Positions 36,001 through 47,159 of a stretch of DNA of 64,000 bases are shown here, piece after piece. The DNA comes from Eledone cirrhosa. Taxonomy: Eukaryota. The notes beneath the pieces were generated by a model. The model had not been told where the DNA came from. It was given only the letters and a program-made list of their open reading frames with translations, and did no database searches. Location: contig OZ024747.1 of NCBI GenBank assembly GCA_964016885.1, positions 29,822,001-29,886,000 of the forward strand, given 5' to 3'. Positions within the stretch are counted from its first letter, which is position 1. Each line of letters starts with the position of its first letter. Made by a program: the position numbers and the translations under genes.

Positions 36001-39000
36001 TTTTTTATGGGGGGGTCCGTTTTTTATTTGGGTGCCCCGTTTTTTTATGGGGGGGGTCCGTTTTTTATTTGGGTGCCCCGTTTTTTTATGGGGGGGGTCC
36101 GTTTTTTATTTGGGTACCCCGTTTTTTATTTGGGTGCCCCGTTTTTTTATGGGGGGGGTCCGTTTTTTATTTGGGTGCCCCGTTTTTTTATGGGGGGGGC
36201 CGTTTTTTATTTGGGTGCCCCGTTTTTTTATGGGGGGTCCCGTTTTTTATTTGGGTGCCCCGTTTTTTTATGGGGGGGTCCGTTTTTTATTTGGGTACCC
36301 CGTTTTTTATTTGGGTGCCCCGTTTTTTTATGGGGGGATCCGTTTTTTATTTGGGTGTCCCGTTTTTTATTTGGGTGCCCCGTTTTTTTCTGGGGGGGGT
36401 CCCGTTTTTTATTTGGGTGCCCCGTTTTTTTATGGGGGGGTCCGTTTTTTATTTGGGTACCCCGTTTTTTATTTGGGTGCCCCGTTTTTTTATGGGGGGT
36501 CCGTTTTTTATTTGGGTGCCCCGTTTTTTTATGGGGGGGTCCGTTTTTTATTTGGGTGCCCCGTTTTTTATTTGGGTGCCCCGTTTTTTTATGGGGGGTC
36601 CGTTTTTTATTTGGGTGCCCCGTTTTTTTATGGGGGGGTCCGTTTCTTATTTGGGTGCCCCGTTTTTTTATGGGGGGTCCCGTTTTTTATTTGGGTGCCC
36701 CGTTTTTTTATGGGGGGGGTCCGTTTTTTATTTGGGTACCCCGTTTTTTATTTGGGTGCCCCGTTTTTTTATGGGGGGGTCCGTTTTTTATTTGGGTGCC
36801 CCGTTTTTTTATGGGGGGGGTCCGTTTTTTATTTGGGTGCCCCGTTTTTTTATGGGGGGGGTCCGTTTTTTATTTGGGTACCCCGTTTTTTATTTGGGTG
36901 CCCCGTTTTTTTATGGGGGGATCCGTTTTTTATTTGGGTGCCCCGTTTTTTATTTGGGTGTCCCGTTTTTTTATGGGGGGGTCCGTTTTTTATTTGGGTG
37001 CCCCGTTTTTTATGGGGGGGTCCGTTTTTTATTTGGGTACCCCGTTTTTTATTTGGGTGCCCCGTTTTTTTATGGGTGGGGTCCGTTTTTTATTTGGGTG
37101 CCCCGTTTTTTTATGGGGGGGTCCGTTTTTTATTTGGGTGCCCCGTTTTTTTATGGGGGGGGTCCGTTTTTTATTTGGGTGCCCCGTTTTTTTATGGGGG
37201 GGTCCCGTTTTTTATTTGGGTGCCCCGTTTTTTTATGGGGGGGTCCGTTTTTTATTTGGGTACCCCGTTTTTTATTTGGGTGCCCCGTTTTTTTATGGGG
37301 GGTCCGTTTTTTATTTGGGTGCCCCGTTTTTTTATGGGGGGGGGTCCGTTTTTTATTTGGGTGCCCCGTTTTTTTATGGGGGGGTCCCGTTTTTTATCTG
37401 GGTGCCCCGTTTTTTATTTGGGTGCCCCGTTTTTTTATGGGGGGGGTCCGTTTTTTATTTGGGTGCCCCGTTTTTTATTTGGGTGCCCCGTTTTTTATTT
37501 GGGTGCCCCGTTTTTTTATGGGGGGGATCCGTTTTTTATTTGGGTACCCCGTTTTTTATTTGGGTACCCCGTTGTTTATTTGGGTGCCCCGTTTTTTTAT
37601 GGGGGGGGTCCGTTTTTTATTTGGGTGCCCCGTTTTTTTTATGGGGGGGTCCGTTTTTTATTTGGGTGCCCCGTTTTTTATTTGCGTACCCCGTTTTTTA
37701 TTTGGGTGCCCCGTTTTTTATTTGGGTGCCCCGTTTTTTTATGGGGGAGTCCGTTTTTTATTTGGGTGCCCCGTTTTTTATTTGGGTACCCCGTTTTTTA
37801 TTTGGGTGCCCCGTTTTTTTATGGGGGGGTCCGTTTTTTATTTGGGTGCCCCGTTTTTTTATGGGGGGGCCGTTTTTTATTTGGGTACCCCGTTTTTTAT
37901 TTGAGTGCCCCGTTTTTTATTTGGGTACCCCGTTTTTTATTTGGGTGCCCCGTTTTTTTATGGGGGGGGTCCGTTTTTTATTTGGGTGCCCCGTTTTTTT
38001 ATGGGGGGGTCCGTTTTTTATTTGGGTGCCCCGTTTTTTTATGGGGGGGTCCCGTTTTTTATTTGGGTGCCCCGTTTTTTTATGGGGGGGGTCCGTTTTT
38101 TATTTGGGTACCCCGTTTTTTATTTGGGTGCCCCGTTTTTTTATGGGGGGGTCCTTTTTTATTTGGGTGCCCCGTTTTTTTATGGGGGGGTCCGTTTTTT
38201 ATCTGGGTACCCCGTTTTTTATTTGGGTACCCCGTTTTTTATTTGGGTGCCCCGTTTTTTTATGGGGGGGGGTCCGTTTTTTATTTGGGTGCCCCGTTTT
38301 TTATTTGGGTGTCCCGTTTTTTTATGGGGGGGTCCCGTTTTTTATTTGGGTGCCCCGTTTTTTTATGGGGGGGTCCGTTTTTTATTTGGGTACCCCGTTT
38401 TTTTATTTGGGTGTCCCGTTTTTTTATGGGGGGGTCCGTTTTTTATTTGGGTGCCCCGTTTTTTTATGGGGGGGTCCGTTTTTTATCTGGGTACCCCGTT
38501 TTTTATTTGGGTACCCCGTTTTTTATTTGGGTGCCCCGTTTTTTTATGGGGGGGTCCGTTTTTTATTTGGGTGTCCCGTTTTTTTATGGGGGGTCCCGTT
38601 TTTTATTTGGGTGTCCCGTTTTTTTATGGGGGGGTCCGTTTTTTATTTGGGTACCCCGTTTTTTATTTGGGTGTCCCGTTTTTTTATGGGGGGGGTCCCG
38701 TTTTTTATTTGGGTGCCCCGTTTTTTTATGGGGGGTCCGTTTTTTATTTGGGTGCCCCGTTTTTTATTTGGGTGCCCCGTTTTTTTATGAGGGGGTCCGT
38801 TTTTTTATTTGGGTGCCCCGTCTTTTTATGGGGGGTCCGTTTTTTATTTGGGTGCCCCGTTTTTTTTATGGGGGGGTCCCGTTTTTTATTTGGGTGCCCC
38901 GTTTTTTTATGGGGGGGTCCGTTTTTTATTTGGGTACCCCGTTTTTTATTTGGGTGCCCCGTTTTTTTATGGGGGGGTCCGTTTTTTATTTGGGTGCCCC

Positions 39001-40586
39001 GTTTTTTATTTGGGTGTTCCGTTTTTTTATGGGGGGGTCCCGTTTTTTATTTGGGTGCCCCGTTTTTTTATGGGGGGGTCCGTTTTTTATTTGGGTACTC
39101 CGTTTTTTATTTGGGTGTCCCGTTTTTTTATGGGGGGGGTCCCGTTTTTTATTTGGGTGCCCCGTTTTTTTATAGGGGGGTCCGTTTTTTATTTGGGTGC
39201 CCCGTTTTTTATTTGGGTGCCCCGTTTTTTTATGAGGGGGTCCGTTTTTTATTTGGGTGCCCCGTTTTTTTATGGGGGGTCCGTTTTTTATTTGGGTGCC
39301 CCGTTTTTTTATGGGGGGGTCCCGTTTTTTATTTGGGTGCCCCGTTTTTTTATGGGGGGGTCCGTTTTTTATTTGGGTACCCCGTTTTTTATTTGGGTGC
39401 CCCGTTTTTTTATGGGGGGGGTCCGTTTTTTATTTGGGTGCCCCGTTTTTTTATGGGGGGGTCCGTTTTTTATTTGGGTGCCCCGTTTTTTTATGGGGGG
39501 TCCCGTTTTTTATTTGGGTGCCCCGTTTTTTATTTGGGTGCCCCGTTTTTTTATGGGGGGATCCGTTTTTTATTTGGGTGTCCCGTTTTTTATTTGGGTG
39601 CCCCGTTTTTTATTTGGGTGCCCCGTTTTTTTATGGGGGGGTCCGTTTTTTATTTGGGTGCCCCGTTTTTTTATGGGGGGGGTCCGTTTTTTATTTGGGT
39701 GCCCCGTTTTTTTATGGGGGGGTCCCGTTTTTTATTTGGGTGCCCCGTTTTTTTATGGGGGGGTCCGTTTTTTATTTGGGTACCCCGTTTTTTATTTGGG
39801 TGCCCCGTTTTTTTATGGGGGGGGTCCGTTTTTTATTTGGGTGCCCCGTTTTTTATTTGGGTGCCCCGTTTTTTTATGGGGGGGATCCGTTTTTTATTTG
39901 GGTGCCCCGTTTTATATTTGGGTGCCCCGTTTTTTATTTGGGTGCCCCGTTTTTTTATGGGGGGGTCCGTTTTTTATCTGGGTACCCCGTTTTTTATTTG
40001 GGTACCCCGTTTTTTATTTGGGTGCCCCGTTTTTTTATGGGGGGGGTCCGTTTTTTATTTGGGTGCCCCGTTTTTTTTATGGGGGGTCCGTTTTTTATTT
40101 GGGTGCCCCGTTTTTTATTTGGGTGCCCCGTTTTTTTATGGGGGAGTCCGTTTTTTATTTGGGTGCCCCGTTTTTTATTTGGGTACCCCGTTTTTTATTT
40201 GGGTGCCCCGTTTTTTTATGGGGGGGTCCGTTTTTTATTTGGGTGCCCCGTTTTTTTATGGGGGGGGCCGTTTTTTATTTGGGTACCCCGTTTTTTATTT
40301 GGGTGCCCCGTTTTTTATTTGGGTACCCCGTTTTTTATTTGGGTGCCCCGTTTTTTTATGGGGGGGGTCCGTTTTTTATTTGGGTGCCCCGTTTTTTATT
40401 TGGGTGCCCCGTTTTTTTCTGGGGGGGTCCCGTTTTTTATTTGGGTGCCCCGTTTTTTTATGGGGGGGGTCCGTTTTTTATTTGGGTACCCCGTTTTTTA
40501 TTTGGGTGTCCCGTTTTTTTATGGGGGGTCCGTTTTTTATTTGGGTGCCCCGTTTTTTATGGGGGGGGTCCGTTTTTTATTTGGGT
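1..40586 (+). repeat. Satellite array 1: interleaved 20-bp units A (CCGTTTTTTATTTGGGTGCC, variant A' ...GGGTACC) and B (CCGTTTTTTTATGGGGGGGT, variable G run, 21-bp variant ...GTCCCG), about 2000 units, truncated by the window start and the gap
   Basis: Read directly: uninterrupted head-to-tail repeats in one orientation, with no unique sequence seen. Both consensus units count to 20 bp. Confidence 0.98.
7150..23400 (+). repeat. Higher-order duplication in array 1: ~4.3-kb block at ~7150-11440 recopied at ~19090-23400 (offset ~11.9 kb), with a partial copy at ~12900-15200
   Basis: Rare variants are shared in the same order: TACTTGGG 7271/19208, ATGGCGGGG 7781/19717, TTGAGTG 8006/19942 and 9001/20937, TACACC 10461/22271, GCATCG 11291/23244. 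Confidence 0.88.
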
Positions 40587-40786
40587 NNNNNNNNNNNNNN
40601 NNNNNNNNNNNNNNNNNNNNNNNNNNNNNNNNNNNNNNNNNNNNNNNNNNNNNNNNNNNNNNNNNNNNNNNNNNNNNNNNNNNNNNNNNNNNNNNNNNNN
40701 NNNNNNNNNNNNNNNNNNNNNNNNNNNNNNNNNNNNNNNNNNNNNNNNNNNNNNNNNNNNNNNNNNNNNNNNNNNNNNNNNNNNNN
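40587..40786. other. Assembly gap of exactly 200 N (scaffold join, true size unknown)
   Basis: A run of 200 N. A round fixed length is typical of a scaffolding or curation placeholder. Confidence 0.97.
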
Positions 40787-42076
40787 CGAAAATTGATATA
40801 TATTTTGTATTTTTCAAATATTTTTCAACGTGTCGAAACACAATGTATAAACGCATTTTTTTGAAAAAAAACATTTTTTCCAAATACTGTGTAAAATGAT
40901 CAATTTGTGAAAAACCTAAAAAAATCAATTTTAGAAATCAGAAGTAAATATTTCGAAAAGTGTAAACAAATTGATTATTTTAGGTTTTTCACAAATTGAT
41001 CATTTTACACAGTATTTCGAAAAATTGTTTTTTTTCAAAAAAGATTGATTTTTTTTCTTTCGAAATATCTACTTTCTGATTTCGAAAATTGTTATATATT
41101 TTGTATTTTTAAAAAATTTTTCAGCGTGTATGTATAAATCTATAAACGCATTTTTTCCAAATACTGTGTAAAATGATCAATTTGTGAAAAACCTAAAAAA
41201 ACCAATTATAGAAATCAGAAGTAAATATTTCGAAAAGTATAAAAAAATTGATTATTTTAGGTTTTTCACAAATTGATCATTTTACACAGTATTTCGAAAA
41301 ATTGTTTTTTTTTTTAAAAACATTGATTTTTTTTCTTCCGAAATATATACTTTCTGATTTCGAAAATTGATATATATTTTGTATTTTTAAAAAGTTTTTC
41401 AACGTGTCGAAACATAATGTATAAACGCATTTTTTCCAAATACTGTTTAAAATGATCTATTTGTGAAAAAGCTAAAAAAATCAATTTTAGAAATCGGAAG
41501 TAAATATTTCGAAAAGTATAAAAAAATTGATTATTTTAGGTTTTTCACAAATTGATCATTTTACACAGTATTTCGAAAAATTGTTTTTTTTCAAAAAAGA
41601 TTGATTTTTTTTCTTTCGAAATATATACTTTCTGATTTAGAAAATTGATATATATTTTGTATTTTTCAAACACAATGTATAAACGCATTTTTTTGAAAAA
41701 AACATTTTTTCCAAATACTCTGTAAAATGATCAATTTGTGAAAAACCTAAAAAAATCAATTTTAGAAATCAGAAGTAAATATTTCGAAAAGTATAAAAAA
41801 ATTGATTATTTTAGGTTTTTCACACATTGATCATTTTACACAGTATTTCGAAAAATTGTTTTTTTTCAAAAAACATTGATTTTTTTTCTTTCGAAATATA
41901 TACTTTCTGATTTCGAAAATTGATATATATTTTGTATTTTTAAAAAGTTTTTCAACGTGTCGAAACATAATGTATAAACGCATTTTTTCCAAATACTGTG
42001 TAAAATGATCTATTTGTGAAAAAGCTAAAAAAATCAATTTTAGAAATCGGAAGTAAATATTTCGAAAAGTATAAAA

Positions 42077-42336
42077 AAATTGATTATTTTAGGTTTTTCA
42101 CAAATTGATCATTTTACACAGTATTTCGAAAAATTGTTTTTTTTCAAAAAAGATTGATTTTTTTTCTTTCGAAATATATACTTTCTGATTTCGAAAATTG
42201 ATATATATTTTGTATTTTTCAAATATTTTTCAACGTGTCGAAACACAATGTATAAACGCATTTTTTTGAAAAAAAACATTTTTTCCAAATACTGTGTAAA
42301 ATGATCAATTTGTGAAAAACCTAAAAAAATCAATTT
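42077..42336. repeat. Representative ~75-bp inverted repeat in an array-2 monomer (left arm 42077-42151, right arm 42262-42336)
   Basis: Left arm: AAATTGATTATTTTAGGTTTTTCACAAATTGATCATTTTACACAGTATTTCGAAAAATTGTTTTTTTTCAAAAAA. Reverse complement of right arm: AAATTGATTTTTTTAGGTTTTTCACAAATTGATCATTTTACACAGTATTTGGAAAAAATGTTTTTTTTCAAAAAA. There are 3 mismatches in 75 bp. Confidence 0.95.
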
Positions 42337-42365
42337 TAGAAATCAGAAGTAAATATTTCGAAAAG
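42166..42365. repeat. Second, ~37-bp inverted repeat in the array-2 monomer (42166-42202 vs 42329-42365)
   Basis: CTTTCGAAATATATACTTTCTGATTTCGAAAATTGAT aligns with the reverse complement of 42329-42365 (CTTTTCGAAATATTTACTTCTGATTTCTAAAATTGAT), with a few substitutions and indels. Confidence 0.9.
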
Positions 42366-45300
42366 TATAAAAAAATTGATTATTTTAGGTTTTTCACAAA
42401 TTGATCATTTTACACAGTATTTCGAAAAATTGTTTTTTTATCAAAAAAGATTGATTTTTTTTCTTTCGAAATATATAATTTCTGATTTCGAAATTTGATA
42501 TATAATTTGTATTTTTCAAAAATTTTTCAACGTGTTGAAACACAATGTATAAACGCATTTTTTGAAAGAAAACATTTTTTTCAAATACTGTGTAAATTGA
42601 TCAATTTGTGAAAAACCTAAAAAAATCAATTTTAGAAATCAGAAGTAAATATTTCGAAAAGTGTAAACAAATTGATTATTTTAGGTTTTTCACAAATTGA
42701 TCATTTTACACAGTATTTCGTAAAATTGTTTTTTTTCAAAAAAGATTGATTTTTTTTCTTTCGAAATATCTACTTTCTGATTTCGAAAATTGTTATATAT
42801 TTTGTATTTTTAAAAAATTTTTCAGCGTGTATGTATAAATCTATAAACGCATTTTTTCCAAATACTGTGTAAAATGATCAATTTGTGAAAAACCTAAAAA
42901 AACCAATTTTAGAAATCAGAAGTAAATATTTCGAAAAGTATAAAAAAATTGATTATTTTAGGTTTTTCACAAATTGATCATTTTACACAGTATTTCGAAA
43001 AATTGTTTTTTTTTTAAAAAACATTGATTTTTTTTCTTTCGAAATATATACTTTCTGATTTCGAAAATTGATATATATTTTGTATTTTTAAAAAGTTTTT
43101 CAACGTGTCGAAACATAATGTATAAACGCATTTTTTCCAAATACTGTGTAAAATGATCTATTTGTGAAAAAGCTAAAAAAATCAATTTTAGAAATCGGAA
43201 GTAAATATTTCGAAAATTATAAAAAAATTGATTATTTTAGGTTTTTCACAAATTGATCATTTTAAACAGTATTTCGAAAAATTGTTTTTTTTCCAAAAAC
43301 ATTGATTTTTTTTCTTTCGAAATATATACTTTCTGATTTCGAAAATTGATATATATTTTGTATTTTTCAAACACAATGTATAAACGCATTTTTTTGAAAA
43401 AAAACCTTTCTTCCAAATAGTGTGTAAAATGATCAATTTGTGAAAAACCTAAAAAAATCAATTTTAGAAATCAGAAGTAAATATTTCGAAAAGTATAAAA
43501 AAATTGATTATTTTAGGTTTTTCACAAATTGATCATTTTACACAGTATTTCGAAAAATTGTTATTTTATCAAAAAACATTGATTTTTTTTCTTTCGAAAT
43601 ATATACTTTCTGATTTCGAAAATTGATATATATTTTGTATTTTTAAAAAGTTTTTCAACGTGTCGAAACATAATGTATAAACGCATTTTTTCCAAATACT
43701 GTGTAAAATGATCTATTTGTGAAAAAGCTAAAAAAATCAATTTTAGAAATCGGAAGTAAATATTTTGAAAAGTATAAAAAAATTGATTATTTTAGGTTTT
43801 TCACAAATTGATCATTTTACACAGTATTTCGAAAAATTGTTTTTTTTCAAAAAACATTGATTTTTTTTCTTTCGAAATATATACTTTCTGATTTCGAAAA
43901 TTGATATATATTTTGTATTTTTCAAATATTTTTCAACGTGTCGAAACACAATGTATAAACGCATTTTTTTGAAAAAAAACATTTTTTCCAAATACTGTGT
44001 AAAATGATCAATTTGTGAAAAACCTAAAAAAATCAATTTTAGAAATCAGAAGTAAATATTTCGAAAAGTATAAAAAAATTGATTATTTTAGGTTTTTCAC
44101 AAATTGATCATTTTACACAGTATTTCGAAATATTGTTTTTTTATCAAAAAAGATTGATTTTCTTTCTTTCGAAATATATAATTTCTGATTTCGAAATTTG
44201 ATATATATTTTGTATTTTTCAAAAATTTTTCAACGTGTTGAAACAATGTATAAACGCATTTTTTTGAAAAAAAAACATTTTTTCCAAATACTGTGTAAAT
44301 TGATCAATTTGTGAAAAACCTAAAAAAATCAATTTTAGAAATCAGAAGTAAATATTTCGAAAAGTGTAAACAAATTGATTATTTTAGGTTTTTCACAAAT
44401 TGATCATTTTATACAGTATTTCGAAAAATTTTTTTTTTCAAAAAGATTGATTTTTTTTCTTTCGAAATATATACTTTCTGATTTCGAAAATTGATATATA
44501 TTTTGTATTTTTAAAAAGTTTTTCAACGTGTCGAATCATAATGTATAAACGCATTTTTTCCAAATACTGTTTAAAATGATCTATTTGTGAAAAAGCTAAA
44601 AAAATCAATTTTAGAAATCGGAAGTAAATATTTCGAAAAGTATAAAAAAATTGATTATTTTAGGTTTTTCACAAATTGATCATTTTACACAGTATTTCGA
44701 AAAATTGTTTTTTTTCAAAAAAGATTGATTTTTTTTCTTTCGAAATATATACTTTCTGATTTCGAAAATTGATATATATTTTGTATTTTTCAAATATTTT
44801 TCAACGTGTCGAAACACAATGTATAAACGCATTTTTTTGAAAAAAAACATTTTTTCCAAATACTGTGTAAAATGATCAATTTGTGAAAAACCTAAAAAAA
44901 TCAATTTTAGAAATCAGAAGTAAATATTTCGAAAAGTATAAAAAAATTGATTATTTTAGGTTTTTCACAAATTGATCATTTTACACAGTATTTCGAAAAA
45001 TTGTTTTTTTATCAAAAAAGATTGATTTTCTTTCTTTCGAAATATATAATTTCTGATTTCGAAATTTGATATATATTTTGTATTTTTCAAAAATTTTTCA
45101 ACGTGTTGAAACAATGTATAAACGCATTTTTTTGAAAAAAAAACATTTTTTCCAAATACTGTGTAAATTGATCAATTTGTGAAAAACCTAAAAAAATCAA
45201 TTTTAGAAATCGGAAGTAAATATTTCGAAAAGTATAAAAAAATTGATTATTTTAGGTTTTTCACAAATTGATCATTTTACACAGTATTTCGAAAAATTGT

Positions 45301-47159
45301 TTTTTTTCAAAAAAGATTGATTTTTTTTCTATCGAAATATATACTTTCTGATTTAGAAAATTGATATATATTTTGTATTTTTCAAACACAATGTATAAAC
45401 GCATTTTTTTGAAAAAAACATTTTTTCCAAATACTCTGTAAAATGATCAATTTGTGAAAAACCTAAAAAAAATCAATTTTAGAAATCAGAAGTAAATATT
45501 TCGAAAAGTATAAAAAAATTGATTATTTTAGGTTCTTCACACATTGATCATTTTACACAGTATTTCGAAAAACATTGTATATCAAAAAACATTGATTTTT
45601 TTTCTTTCGAAATATATACTTTCTGATTTCGAAAATTGATATATATTTTGTATTTTTCAAACAATGTATAAACGCATTTTTTTGAAAAAAAACATTTTTT
45701 CCAAATACTGTGTAAAATGATCAATTTGTGAAAAACCTAAAAAAATCAATTTTAGAAGTTAGAAGTAAATATTTCGAAAAGTATAAAAAAATTGATTATT
45801 TTAGGTTTTTCACAAATTGATCATTTTACACAGTATTTCGAAAAATTGTTTTTTTATCAAAAAAGATTGATTTTTTTTCTTTCGAAATATATAATTTCTG
45901 ATTTCGAAATTTGATATATATTTTGTATTTTTCAAACACAATGTATAAACGCATTTTTTTGAAAAAAAACATTTTTTCCAAATACTGTGTAAATTGATCA
46001 ATTTGTGAAAAACCTAAAAAAATCAATTTTAGAAATCAGAAGTAAATTTTTCGAAAAGTGTAAACAAATTGATTATTTTAGGTTTTTCACAAATTGATCA
46101 TTTTACACAGTATTTCGAAAAATTGTTTTTTTTCAAAAAAGATTGATTTTTTTTCTTTCGAAATATCTACTTTCTGATTTCGAAAATTGTTATATATTTT
46201 GTATTTTTAAAAAATTTTTCAGCGTGTATGTATAAATGTATAAACGCATTTTTTCCAAATACTGTGTAAAATGATCAATTTGTGAAAAACCTAAAAAAAT
46301 CAATTTTAGAAATCAGAAGTAAATATTTCGAAAAGTATAAAAAAATTGATTATTTTAGGTTTTCCAGAAATTGCTCATTTTACACAGTATTTCGAAAAAT
46401 TGTTTTTTTATCAAAAAAGATTGATTTTTTTTCTTTCGAAATATATACTTTCTGATTTCGAAAATTGATATATATTTTGTATTTTTCAAATATTTTTCAA
46501 CGTGTCGAAACACAATGTATAAACGCATTTTTTTGAAAAAAAACATTTTTTCCAAATACTGTGTAAAATGATCAATTTGTGAAAAACCTAAAAAAATCAA
46601 TTTTAGAAATCGGAAGTAAATATTTCGAAAAGTATAAAAAAATTGATTATTTTAGGTTTTTTACAAATTGATCATTTTACACAGTATTTCGAAAAATTGT
46701 TTTTTTATCAAAAAACATTGATTTTTTTTCTTTCGAAATATATACTTTCTGATTTCGAAAATTGATATATATTTTGTATTTTTAAAAAGTTTTTCAACGT
46801 GTCGAAACATAATGTATAAACGCATTTTTTCCAAATACTGTGTAAAATGATCTATTTGTGAAAAAGCTAAAAAAATCAATTTTAGAAATCGGAAGTAAAT
46901 ATTTCGAAAAGTATAAAAAAATTGATTATTTTATGTTTTTCACAAATTGATCATTTTAAACAGTATTTCGAAAAATTATTTTTTTTCCAAAAACATTGAT
47001 TTTTTTTCTTTCGAAATATATACTTTCTGATTTCGAAAATTGATATATATTTTGTATTTTTCAAACACAATGTATAAACGCAATTTTTCCAAATACTCTG
47101 TAAAATGATCAATTTGTGAAAAACGTTAAAAAATCAATTTTAGAAGTTAGAAGTAAATA

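Noticed and set aside
1-40586. CRISPR-like array of short repeats with a partial palindrome (GGGTRCCC)
   Set aside because: There are no unique spacers, leader or cas genes, and the units are directly head-to-tail.
1-40586. Rho-independent terminator-like motif (GGGTGCCCCG followed by a T-run)
   Set aside because: The stem is only about 3 bp with almost no loop, there are no genes to terminate, and the context is a eukaryote-type satellite.
1-40586. G-run and T-run length variation (G6-G11, T7-T9) as an encoded signal
   Set aside because: Run lengths differ even between otherwise identical duplicated blocks. This cannot be separated from slippage or homopolymer sequencing error.
19-40899. 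Very long + strand ORFs (up to 4952 aa) rich in F/G/P/W
   Set aside because: All three frames are open simultaneously because A occurs only in TAT/TAC contexts, so the repeat has no stop codons. Homopolymer indels shuffle the same peptides between frames, so there is no frame conservation. Stops arise only from rare point variants.
42077-42372. 296 bp = 2 x 148 bp direct dimer of nucleosome-sized subunits
   Set aside because: The halves are related by inversion rather than direct repetition, and most monomers are ~277 bp, so the numerical match is not evidence.
45560-45595. Odd variant CGAAAAACATTGTATATCAAAAAAC as a templated inversion of ACAATGT
   Set aside because: The match is only about 7 bp in AT-rich sequence and could be chance.
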